From: Methanotrichaceae archaeon
GTDB taxonomy: Archaea; Halobacteriota; Methanosarcinia; Methanotrichales; Methanotrichaceae
Assembly: GCA_963803145.1 (NCBI GenBank)
Contig: CAWDLW010000027.1
Location: forward strand, 64,001 to 128,000
Reading direction: 5' to 3'
DNA: 64,000 bases
In this document: positions 1-9,373 of the stretch, piece after piece
How the letters are laid out: every line of letters begins with the position of its first letter
How positions within the stretch are numbered: the first letter of the stretch is position 1
Made by a program: the position numbers and the translations under genes
Notes under the pieces: generated by a model
Seen by the model: only the letters and a program-made list of their open reading frames with translations
The model's database searches: none
What the model was told of the DNA's origin: nothing

Positions 1-2
1 AT

Positions 3-719
3 AACTGCCTGGCAGGAAACGGAAGACAGACAAACCTCATTCAGAGGGCTGATCTTATTGGAAACGCCACAGGCTGCAATAATTGCGTCAGTCAGGACCT
101 CAACGATCTGGATGCAATTGATAACTGTGTAACGGACTCAAACTTGACTCAATGGTCAATTATGAAGGCTGACACCATAGGCTCCTGGAATGGAGTAGAT
201 CAATGCACCGCATCCGATGCCTATGAAAACTGCCTGACATTGAGCGATCAGAAGCAGATGGCCGATTTTGATGCATGCACCACAGGTGATTACAATTGCG
301 TTTCTCAAGACCTCTACCAGGATGCTTGCAATAACTGCGTGACAACCTCCTGCCTCTGGCAGCAGACCGCCAAGGTAGCCGATATCCTTGGGAGCTACAA
401 TAGTGCCTACCAGGATAACAACCTCCAGTATGCAGATGATAACTGTCTGACGGGATCAGTATTGAACCAGATGATCTGCGATAGCGCTCAGATAACCGGC
501 ACCTGCAATGAGGTTGATCAGGGATCTTGCAACGCGATTGAGACTGATGCCTGCAACAACTGCCTGACCAATGCAGGAATGCTTCAGTCCATCAATAGTA
601 AGGCCCTCATAGCTGGCTGCAACAACTACGTCAATCACGAAGTCTACCTCGACACAGATTGCAACAGTCTGACCGGCGGAATGCTGTCCCAGATATCAAC
701 AATCGTTTCCAACGACTAG
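3..719 (+). CDS. Asn/Gln/Cys-rich 35-aa repeat protein, paralog 1 (5' end outside window)
   Basis: The frame is open from nt 3 (NCLAGNGRQTNLIQRADLIGNATGCNNCVSQ) and aligns with paralog 2. Repeats are GxxNxxxQ...NCLTG...Q and the protein ends QISTIVSND. Confidence 0.85.
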   Translation, partial: NCLAGNGRQTNLIQRADLIGNATGCNNCVSQDLNDLDAIDNCVTDSNLTQWSIMKADTIGSWNGVDQCTASDAYENCLTLSDQKQMADFDACTTGDYNCVSQDLYQDACNNCVTTSCLWQQTAKVADILGSYNSAYQDNNLQYADDNCLTGSVLNQMICDSAQITGTCNEVDQGSCNAIETDACNNCLTNAGMLQSINSKALIAGCNNYVNHEVYLDTDCNSLTGGMLSQISTIVSND

Positions 720-730
720 ACCTTTGATGA

Positions 731-753
731 AAGGCGAGAGCTTCTCTCGCCTT
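731..753 (+). terminator. 3' hairpin after paralog 1
   Basis: AAGGCGAGAG-ctt-CTCTCGCCTT is a perfect 10-bp stem just after the stop codon. Confidence 0.6.
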
Positions 754-990
754 CAGAAATTTTAACATACTGTAGTTTACATCAATATCATGAATTTTGA
801 ACATTGTCCTTCTTCAATATTTTGATATGGAATTGAAAAGCCGGTGATAAGTATTTCAGCTACAATTAGAATTTTCTTAATTTCCGTATTGATGGCATTT
901 TCTTAAGCTAATTTCCCTTTATTTTATTAGAGAGCAAAGCCGTATAAGTGTTAGTGCTCTGCGGTTATTCCAAAACCCACGTAGCACTTA

Positions 991-1010
991 GGAAAAATAA
1001 GGAGGCAAGT
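991..1010 (+). promoter_or_regulatory. Conserved leader/RBS of paralog 2
   Basis: GGAAAAATAAGGAGGCAAGT contains GGAGG and is identical to 2235-2254. Confidence 0.7.
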
Positions 1011-1011
1011 C

Positions 1012-1932
1012 ATGAGAAATCTTTTATTAATAGCCTTGGGCTTCTTAATGCTCGTATCAGCAGCAGCAGCCACAGGCAACTGTAACGATGTTTACACAAG
1101 CATTTATCAAGAGGCATCAGGAAATTGCATCACGGGCGATGTCAATTTAGCCCAGATAACAGATGCATCGTCGTTTGTCCTCGGCTCTAATAATGAAGTG
1201 GATCAGTGCATGGGCCTCAGCGCCGACGATAACTGCCTGACAGGCGTTGGAGAACAGACCAACCTCTGCCAGAGAGGCGATATGACAGGCAATGCAACGG
1301 GCTGCTACAATGATCTTGACCAGGAACTCGATTTGAATGCCTACTGCAACGATCTGACGAACAGCAACATGACTCAGTGGGGCATACAGGCTGGAGATGC
1401 AATCGGTAACTGTAACGAGTTTGATCAGTGCGCCGAAGCCGATGCCTGGTTTAACTGTCTCACCATGAGCGATCAGAAGCAGCTTTCGGACTTCAATGTA
1501 TGCGCGACAGGCGATAACAACTATGTCGATCAGAACCTCTATCAGGAGGCCGATGCTAACTGCCTGACGGGCTCCGAGCTCTGGCAGCAGACAGCCAAGG
1601 TAGCAGATATCCTTGGGTGCGACAACGAAGTCTATCAGGATTGCAACTACCAGTATGCAGATTGTAACTGCCTGACAGGCTCCATGCTGAACCAGATAAT
1701 TTGCGAGAACGCTCAGGTAACCGGCAACTGCAACTATGCCAATCAGGATTCCGAGACAGATGCCTTCAATAACTGCATGACAGGCGCAGGCATGCTGCAG
1801 ACCATCAGTGAGCAGGCTGTCATGGAGGGCTGCAACAACAATATCAATCAGAATGTCTATCTCAATACTGATAGCGATTGCCTGACCGGCGGAATGCTGA
1901 CCCAGTCGTCCTCAATAGTCTCCAACGACTAA
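1012..1932 (+). CDS. Secreted Asn/Gln/Cys-rich 35-aa repeat protein, paralog 2 (curli/Fap-like beta-solenoid candidate)
   Basis: Sec signal MRNLLLIALGFLMLVSAAAA, then about 8 repeats of x9-GxxNxxxQ-x8-NCLTG-x4-Q. Ends SSSIVSND. Confidence 0.9.
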   Translation: MRNLLLIALGFLMLVSAAAATGNCNDVYTSIYQEASGNCITGDVNLAQITDASSFVLGSNNEVDQCMGLSADDNCLTGVGEQTNLCQRGDMTGNATGCYNDLDQELDLNAYCNDLTNSNMTQWGIQAGDAIGNCNEFDQCAEADAWFNCLTMSDQKQLSDFNVCATGDNNYVDQNLYQEADANCLTGSELWQQTAKVADILGCDNEVYQDCNYQYADCNCLTGSMLNQIICENAQVTGNCNYANQDSETDAFNNCMTGAGMLQTISEQAVMEGCNNNINQNVYLNTDSDCLTGGMLTQSSSIVSND

Positions 1933-1943
1933 ACACTCATAAA

Positions 1944-1968
1944 GAAAGGCGAGAGAAACCTCGCTTTC
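1944..1968 (+). terminator. 3' hairpin after paralog 2
   Basis: GAAAGGCGAG-agaaac-CTCGCTTTC, followed by a T-rich tract. Confidence 0.55.
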
Positions 1969-2255
1969 AAAATTTTATTAGCTGTCTTTATCCTTTTTTC
2001 TCTACATAGCGTTCAAAGGTTAAATGTTTTATACAGTTTAGAAGTCTTGACAGAATGCCATAAGAAGATATTTATTGATTATAACAGCAGATAAGTACGG
2101 CTATTACTGTAAAGATTCTCTTAATCCTCTTATTGATAACGGTTTCTAAACCAAGTTTCCTTAAAACTTATAAAAGAAGCAAGCAATGTTAATGTTAATG
2201 TTCCGCTAGAGCTTTCAGCTCTTGCAGAACAATGGGAAAAATAAGGAGGCAAGTT

Positions 2256-3290
2256 ATGAAAGGTCCTATATTAGCACTGTGCTTGCTGCTGCTAGTGTCT
2301 GCGGCAGGTGCAACAGGAAGCTATAATTGTGTAAATGTATACGGTAGTCAAGAAGTGTCAGGAAACTGTCTTACTGGAGCTGCTTTTGCCCAAGTAACTA
2401 ATGTAGATGCCAATCTATTGGGCACCAACATTGATGCTACCCAGTTCCTGGGCCTTCAGGCAAATGATAACTGTATAACAGGAAGCAATAACGGCGAGAC
2501 TAACTTCATCCAGGCCGGCGATATGGTAGCCAATGATACAGGCTGCAATGACTTTGATCTTCAGGCTGAGCTTTTGGCTGCGAACGAGAACTGCCTAACT
2601 ACAGGAAACATTACTCAGATTGCCGCACAGCATGCAGATACTGCAGGCAGCGACAACTATGTAGTCCAGGCAACAGCTGCCGCATTAGGTACAGTCGATC
2701 TCCCATGCTTCTGCCTAGGCAGCCCCAACTGTGTGACGAATAGCGATCTTAGCCAGCTATCTGCATTGAATGCATGCGTTACAGGCACCGATAACCTTGC
2801 AGCTCAGGTAGCTCTGCAGGGCACCTTCGACAACTGCCTGACCAACAGCGTTTACTACCAGCAGGCATCTCTCAACGCCGATATTCTCGGATGCAACAAC
2901 AACGGCATCTGCTTTGATGGAGCCGGATCCTATGTTGACACTATGGATAGCGTAGTTGGACCTTACTCAGATGGCACAGGCATATGCCTGCCGATACAGG
3001 TCAGTGTCCAGTACACAGATGATAACTGTGTGACAGATTCTCTGTTCAACCAGATGAACTGCATGGATGAACAGGTGACAGGAGAATGCAACAGTGTTGG
3101 CCAGTTCGCCCTTTCCGGTGTATCTTATGACTGCTTGACAGCAGGCAGCTTGCTCCAGATGAGCAACTTTAAGGCTGCAGAACTCGGATGCAACAATGCT
3201 ATCGGCCAATCCATCGAACTCAATAACGCTTGCAACAGCATAACTGGCGGCAATATTATCCAGCAGGCTACAGCCAATACCAACGATTAA
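2256..3290 (+). CDS. Secreted Asn/Gln/Cys-rich 35-aa repeat protein, paralog 3 (with loop insertions)
   Basis: ATG 2256 follows the conserved GGAGG leader. Signal MKGPILALCLLLLVSAAGA, same repeat, ends QATANTND. Confidence 0.9.
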   Translation: MKGPILALCLLLLVSAAGATGSYNCVNVYGSQEVSGNCLTGAAFAQVTNVDANLLGTNIDATQFLGLQANDNCITGSNNGETNFIQAGDMVANDTGCNDFDLQAELLAANENCLTTGNITQIAAQHADTAGSDNYVVQATAAALGTVDLPCFCLGSPNCVTNSDLSQLSALNACVTGTDNLAAQVALQGTFDNCLTNSVYYQQASLNADILGCNNNGICFDGAGSYVDTMDSVVGPYSDGTGICLPIQVSVQYTDDNCVTDSLFNQMNCMDEQVTGECNSVGQFALSGVSYDCLTAGSLLQMSNFKAAELGCNNAIGQSIELNNACNSITGGNIIQQATANTND

Positions 3291-3316
3291 AACTGCAATA
3301 CTACCAGAGGAATAAA

Positions 3317-3338
3317 AGGCGAGGATTTACACTCGCCT
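3317..3338 (+). terminator. 3' hairpin after paralog 3
   Basis: AGGCGAG-gatttaca-CTCGCCT, then a T-run. Confidence 0.5.
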
Positions 3339-3498
3339 CAAACTATTTTTATCAAAAAGATGTTGGTTCTTATTAATAGAGGCTCCTAGCTCATAAGTGT
3401 AGGAAATAAGATCCCACACGTTAATGAATTCTACACTTTTTTAAGTAAGGTACTATATTGGATACCGTTCTCGGCAAGTATCACTGGGCTTGATCGGA

Positions 3499-4687
3499 CT
3501 AGTGCAGCATAACACAAGTTTTTTATCCTAGCAAGTCCTTATGATCGCTAATCATGTCGAGGAAAACAATATTCGTCGTAAAATTGACAGATGAGGATCG
3601 GGAATATCTGAACCAGTTTATTCGCCATGGAAAGGCATCTGTAAGAAGCGTGACTCGTGCCAGGACACTGCTCATGGCAGACGAAGGTTACTCCAATAAA
3701 GATATCGTAAAGATTCTAAAAATAACCAGACCTACGGTTAACAGTGCAAGGAAAAGGTACTGCCAGGAAGGTTTGGACTCTGCAATAAACGATAAACCAA
3801 GAAGCGGCGCACCTCCAAAGATAGATGGAAGGATTGAGACACAAGTTACCCTTCTTGCCTGTTCGAAACCACCGGAAGGCAAATCGACCTGGACTCTGAA
3901 GCTTTTAGCCGATAGGCTCGTGGAAATGGAGGTAATAGAATCCATATCTACCATGACCGTTCAGAGGATCTTAAAAAAAGCGAGACCAAGCCTTGGCAGA
4001 AGGTTAGATGGTGTATTGGCGAGATAACAAGCGATTACATCATGCATATGGAAGATGTGCTGGATCAATATGAGCAACCCTATGATCCTAAGCATCCTTT
4101 AATCTGCATGGATGAGATGCCATGCCAATTGATAGACAACGTTTTAGTTCCTATTCCTCCTAAACCTGGAAAATCACAAAAAGTCGATTTTGAATATCGC
4201 CGTAATGGTACATGCTGTGTTTTCATCGCCTTTGATCCACATGCCCGTTGGAGAACAATATCTGTTGAAGAACACCGGACGAAAATTGATTATGCCCATT
4301 TTATGAAAGGGCTTTCCCAGAAATATCCTGAGGCAGAATACCTTAAAGTTGTCCAGGATAACCTTAACACTCACTCATCTGGTTCATTTTATGAAGCATT
4401 CTCGCCTGAGGAGGCGTTCCAGCTTGCCAAGAAGTTTGAGTTCCATTTTACTCCAAAGAAGGGTAGTTGGCTTAACATGGCTGAGATTGAGTTCTCGGCT
4501 CTTTCAAGGCAATGCTTGAACCGACGAATTGGCGATATCAAAACTTTAGCCAAGGAAGCGAAAGCTTGGGAACAGGATCGGAACAGGGCTAAAGTAGCTA
4601 TTCGATGGAAGTTCACCAAAGCCAATGCAAGAGAGAAGTTCTGTAGGCATTACCTTAAGATAAAGAATTAATGTTATGATGTACTAG
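3499..4687 (+). mobile_element. IS630-family element, copy A
   Basis: Ends are CTAGTGCAGCATAACA and TGTTATGATGTACTAG (14/16 inverted match including the CTAG/TA target). Nearly identical to 38155-39343. Confidence 0.95.
3554..4671 (+). CDS. IS630 transposase (two ORFs joined by a -1 frameshift)
   Basis: HTH ORF 3554-4027 and DDE ORF (CMDE, QDNLNTH, SWLNMAE). The A7G slippery site at 3973-3980 leads into KSETKPWQKVRWCIG in the -1 frame. Confidence 0.9.
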
Positions 4688-5878
4688 GTATGACCATATT
4701 GATGGGGCTACAAAGATTGACGCGAAGGTGCCCGTGATCAGACCCACGAATATGGCTAATGAGAACATCTGCAAAGGTTCTGCACCGAAGAAGTACAGAC
4801 ATCCTGCACCAATTACAACGATTCCCACTGTATAGATGGAACGAGTGAACACTTGCTTTACGCTTTGGTCCATGATCTCTGTTGGGTTCCATCCATTAGT
4901 CAGTCCTGAGTTTTCCCTTACGCGGTCGAATACGACTACGACTTCATTTGCTGCGTATCCTATAACGGTAAGCATCGCAGCAATGTAAGTGACATCAATT
5001 TCCAACTTAAAGATAGAGAAAACGCTAAGGAGGAATAGACCCACAGAAACGATACCGATTGTTGCAGCGGTGGCAATCCTCCAGTTGAATCTGAGAGTGA
5101 TGAAGATGAACATTGCTACTACTGCGAGGAATACTGAGATTATCGCTTTCATGGCGAGTTGCTGCGCAACGCTTGGATCTGAGGTGTTCTCTATATATGC
5201 CACGCCTTCGCCGTAGTTTTCTTTGAAGGCATTAACTACGGTTGTGATCTGTTCGTGGGTCAATACACTATCAAAACGAGCTGCGATTTGATTTGAATCA
5301 GTACCTCCAATGGCCACAGTTGCAGCGGGTATTCCTGCATCTTCCATGATGGATGTAGCATTCTCTTGATCGATGGCAGCCGGGAGAGTCACATCGAGGG
5401 CAGTCCCTGCCTTGAAATCAATATCGTAGTTAAAGGATGACAAGGCGATGCTCCCCATGCCTGCGATCAATATCAGTGAGGTAGCGATCAAGATAATATT
5501 TCGATGTCCCAGGATGTTCAGACCCATAGGCAGACTGGGGCTCTTGATTATATCCTTTAGCTCAATGGCGCCGGAGAAGCTATCCTGGTTAAAGACGAAG
5601 AGGCGCATCAATAACCGTGCAAGGAAGACGTTACTAACAAAGCTGGCAATTATGCTCAAGATCATAGTCAGGGCAAAACCTCTGATGGGGCCTATTCCCA
5701 TGGCAAAGAGGACAATTGCTCCGATTATGATAGTGATGTTAGAATCGAATATTGTGCGTAACGAAGATGCATAGCTGTTCTTCAGGGCTTTTACCTCGCG
5801 CTCCAGCTCCTTCGTGCAAACGCTGGTTACCGCAAATATTTCCACTTTTCTTCTTAAGTTGCGGCTAGGTAAAAACAA
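4655..5878 (-). pseudogene. secDF: Truncated bacterial-type fused SecDF (last SecD helices plus SecF); 3' end interrupted by IS630
   Basis: SecD motif TIFDSNITIIIG...GPIRGFALT fused to SecF motifs DIDFKAGT, AAMLTVIGY and VVVFDRVRE. Most of SecD is absent. Confidence 0.75.
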
Positions 5879-6026
5879 GATAAAGGAAAAATATCGCCGC
5901 TAAAATATAGACCAAATATTTCGCCAGGAAAATTATTAAGATATCGCAAATAACAGATTGTCCCAATAAATTATGCAAGATTGAAAATAGGTTTGCGTCA
6001 ATCTGCATAATAAACTGGATATGTGA

Positions 6027-7274
6027 TTATTTCAGCTTAGCCAATAATGCCTCAAGCGAAGACTTGCAGGTGGCGGCATTTGGATTTACGGCGCGGACTT
6101 GCCGCAATACCTGATCGATGGCGGTATCGATTTCCGTCCATTTGGTCGGATTCATCGGTTTCAAGCGAGCTTCGGAATTGTCCCATTCGTATTCCAGATC
6201 ATTGACCCGGGTTTTTGCGCCCGACAAATTGTTGGCGTTCACAAAACCAAGCGTATCCTGGGTTATCGTCTTAAAAACCGTCAAATCACCCAAAGGCGAT
6301 GATGCCGGACCGGATGAATTATCTGCTTGCGATAGAATATTTGCCTTGGCCTGGACCGCTGAATTGCACCAACAGTAGCCGGATACTGAAACAACCAACA
6401 GCAAACAAATAACGGTTGCAGTTTGCCAAATCGCAGGAATGCGTTGCGGTTTAATTTCCACCTCGCCAACTGACGGTTTGGCAATTAAATCCTTTTTGGT
6501 GATCGAAAGGAAAAGGACTGTTGTCAGGATTGCTCCAGTAAATATGAAAGTAGTAACCGTCGCTCCAAGACCCAATCCCCCGTATTTTTGGGATTGTGAC
6601 AGAAAATCTCCCATGGAAGCACCCAGCGGCCGTGTCATAATGTAAATAATCCAAAACGCCAGAACGGAATCCAAACCCATTTTCCAACCGATGGCAAAGA
6701 ATGCAACCGTTGCGACGACAATCACGCCGGTAGTTAAATAGCCAAGACCAAGACGTTCAGCCATCAAATCGCCGGACGCTGTTCCTAGCGCAAATGTAAA
6801 AAGAATTGCAAGCCAATAAAATGCTTCTCTTTGCCTTGTAAAGATTGAATGGATGGAAAGCGTTTTTTCCTTGGCATACCAAATGGCAAAAGTTATTGCC
6901 AGCAAAATGCTGAAAGCTATCGTGCTCAACTCAAGAGGTACATGCATGGCATCGCTTAAATTATCCGTTACCAAAGTGCCAAAGATGCTAATCAAGACCA
7001 CTGTTATCCAATAGATTCCGGGAATGTATCTCTTTGCCCTAAATTGGAAAAATAGCGCAATCAACAATAAAATCCCCATTACAATGGAAGTACCGGTCAA
7101 GCCAAAATTCAAATTAACGTTCAAGAAATCCGATGCGGTTTCGCCAACCGTGGTACAAAGGACTTTGATGACCCAGAAGTAAAGGGTGATTTCCGGAACT
7201 TTGCTTAACAACTCCCTTCCCGCCTCGAAGAAAATCCTTGATTGATTATCTATTGTGTTCATTTTCGTATCCAC
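6027..7274 (-). CDS. COG4705/DUF347 repeat membrane protein with a soluble C-terminal helical domain
   Basis: SKVPEITLYFWVIKVLCTTVGETASD, REAFYWLAILFTFALGTASGD and FWIIYIMTRPLGASMGD repeats. Confidence 0.85.
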   Translation of the reverse strand: MDTKMNTIDNQSRIFFEAGRELLSKVPEITLYFWVIKVLCTTVGETASDFLNVNLNFGLTGTSIVMGILLLIALFFQFRAKRYIPGIYWITVVLISIFGTLVTDNLSDAMHVPLELSTIAFSILLAITFAIWYAKEKTLSIHSIFTRQREAFYWLAILFTFALGTASGDLMAERLGLGYLTTGVIVVATVAFFAIGWKMGLDSVLAFWIIYIMTRPLGASMGDFLSQSQKYGGLGLGATVTTFIFTGAILTTVLFLSITKKDLIAKPSVGEVEIKPQRIPAIWQTATVICLLLVVSVSGYCWCNSAVQAKANILSQADNSSGPASSPLGDLTVFKTITQDTLGFVNANNLSGAKTRVNDLEYEWDNSEARLKPMNPTKWTEIDTAIDQVLRQVRAVNPNAATCKSSLEALLAKLK

Positions 7275-7833
7275 CTTTGAAATCCCAAGCCGATTCTTAT
7301 GTTTTGCACGAGAGACGGGCTAGTGAATATGATTACTGTTGATATTATTGCAACTATCAATATGTCAGCCCATATTTGGGATGATTTCTTCATAAAAGTT
7401 ACACACGGAATTTTAAATAAAATCTTTATGGCGCAAGCTATGGATTATAGAGCAAAGTGTGTATTATTAAGCACATTATTAATTATTATGTGTTAATTTG
7501 ATAAAATACACAGCAAATTAAAGATTTCGCTAATCGGAAGTTGAATTTTAGGTAAGGTCTCAGAGCTTGTATAGAGGATTTCAGCCTAGAACCAATTAAC
7601 GCTGCCTCGCTGGCAAAATAGAAGGCATGATAGCTTCAAGTGGAAAGAAGTTGATTGTGTTGGCCATAGCCATTGAATCCCTGCCCTCGTAATACTTTAT
7701 GATGACATTACATATGATATAGCATATTCTAATTATATTATCTTATTTTAATATTATAAATATTGAAATTAATAATAAAGTCCATAGTTTGCTTCATAAA
7801 GGCTATAACCGATAATGAAAATGGGCTTAAATT

Positions 7834-8181
7834 GTGTATGGAATCAATATCATATCCTGGCTAACGGCTGCGTCAGTGCCATTAGCTCCGAGCGATATTG
7901 GGCTTGAACCCCACGAGGAAACCGAACTGATACTCTGGTTACTTGCAGCCGTGATATCAATAGTTCCTATTGTGGTCTTCTTCGTGAGCTATCTCAGAGT
8001 AAGAAAAACGGTGCTTTTAATAGCAACTTCCGCGTTCTTCATCTTCTTCTTAAAGGCGATGATTTTGGCAATGAAACTATTCATGCCCTATTACGTGGAT
8101 GAGTTCTGGTGGTCGGTTGCTGCGATTTTGGATATCATAATGATAAGTCTCGTTGCCTTTTCCTTAAGTAAGAAGGCATAG
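7834..8181 (+). CDS. Small 3-TM membrane protein coupled to the downstream HTH regulator
   Basis: Three hydrophobic segments; 4-nt gap to the next gene. Confidence 0.7.
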   Translation: MYGINIISWLTAASVPLAPSDIGLEPHEETELILWLLAAVISIVPIVVFFVSYLRVRKTVLLIATSAFFIFFLKAMILAMKLFMPYYVDEFWWSVAAILDIIMISLVAFSLSKKA

Positions 8182-8185
8182 ACAA

Positions 8186-8707
8186 ATGCAAGATGACACC
8201 GTACTTGAGAATAGAAGATTAATCTTTGAGTACATATCAAATAATCCGGGTACTCATCAGAGAAGGATATCAAGAGACCTTGATATGCATTACAGTACCC
8301 TAAGGTACCATCTAGACTATCTTGAGGAAAAGGGCATAATCGTAAGCCAAATGGAAGATAATCTAAAAATATATTTTGCATCAGGAAAGCTTAGTGCTAA
8401 TGAAAAGAAGCTGACAACGTTGCTTCAGCAGAAGAGATTTCGTGATATCATCCTAGTTGTAATCGATAACCCAGGTTCGACATCTTCTCAAATATCAGAT
8501 AAGCTCTCGGTGAAATCCACGACCATCTCAAAATACATGAATATCCTGGAAGACCGAGGAGTACTCTATCATGTGAAAACAGGAAGGGAGAAACGATATT
8601 TCATTAATGATGAAAAGAGCATCATCGGACTCTTGATGACTTATAAAAAATCCTTTTTGGATTCCTTCGTGGATAACGTTTTAATCCTTTATTTGGAAAG
8701 AGAGTAG
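8186..8707 (+). CDS. Double winged-helix transcription regulator (COG3398/ArsR-like)
   Basis: Two wHTH units: NPGTHQRRISRDL...TLRYHLDYLE and NPGSTSSQISDKL...TISKYMNILE. Confidence 0.85.
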   Translation: MQDDTVLENRRLIFEYISNNPGTHQRRISRDLDMHYSTLRYHLDYLEEKGIIVSQMEDNLKIYFASGKLSANEKKLTTLLQQKRFRDIILVVIDNPGSTSSQISDKLSVKSTTISKYMNILEDRGVLYHVKTGREKRYFINDEKSIIGLLMTYKKSFLDSFVDNVLILYLERE

Positions 8708-8823
8708 TCAATAATTCATCATAGTTCACATTTTGCTCCATAGTTCATGATTTGCGTCAGAAAATACTTATACACTAGCTCCAAAGTTGTTGCTCGTGGG
8801 GAAACCACGTGTGAGGAATAATA

Positions 8824-9315
8824 ATGAATCGATCTTTAAAATATGGATTAGTACTACTTTGTGTGTTTGTAGCGCTATCTGTGGGGAATGTTTTTGGAGA
8901 GAAGAGCACATCTGCTAGCACAGTGGCACAATCTAATTCTCTTAGCGCGATAAAGGCCGGATCAAATGCAGATGCAGCTGATGCCAATTCGGCCGTTATT
9001 AATAGCGTTACTTATAGCAAGACAAGCCAATCGGTGGAGATCAAAAATAATGAGACTTCAGCTCTGGATTTAACGGGCTGGAAGCTGGAGGTACAGAATA
9101 AGACAGTATATACCTTCCCAAAGTATACGCTTGATGTAAACGCTACAGTTAAAGTTCACTCAGGATTGGGTATGAATAATAAGACAGACCTCTTTGCTGG
9201 CGCTACTTTATTAACTAACGCAAACGATGAGGCATCCTTACTGGATACGACTGGAAGTGTGATAAGCACCTCTGAGGAATCCAAAGAAGCATCAGATAGT
9301 CCTAATGATGCTTAG
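8824..9315 (+). CDS. Secreted lamin-tail domain (LTD) protein
   Basis: Signal peptide, then VEIKN...LDLTGWKL...YTFP...TVKVHSG. Confidence 0.75.
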   Translation: MNRSLKYGLVLLCVFVALSVGNVFGEKSTSASTVAQSNSLSAIKAGSNADAADANSAVINSVTYSKTSQSVEIKNNETSALDLTGWKLEVQNKTVYTFPKYTLDVNATVKVHSGLGMNNKTDLFAGATLLTNANDEASLLDTTGSVISTSEESKEASDSPNDA

Positions 9316-9373
9316 CTGATACATCTCTGGCACCGGAAATATTTTTTTAAGCCGCAAAGAGAGGTATCATAAT

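Noticed and set aside
2232-2255. Track start for paralog 3
   Set aside because: The conserved GGAGG leader lies inside this stretch, so ATG 2256 is the better start.
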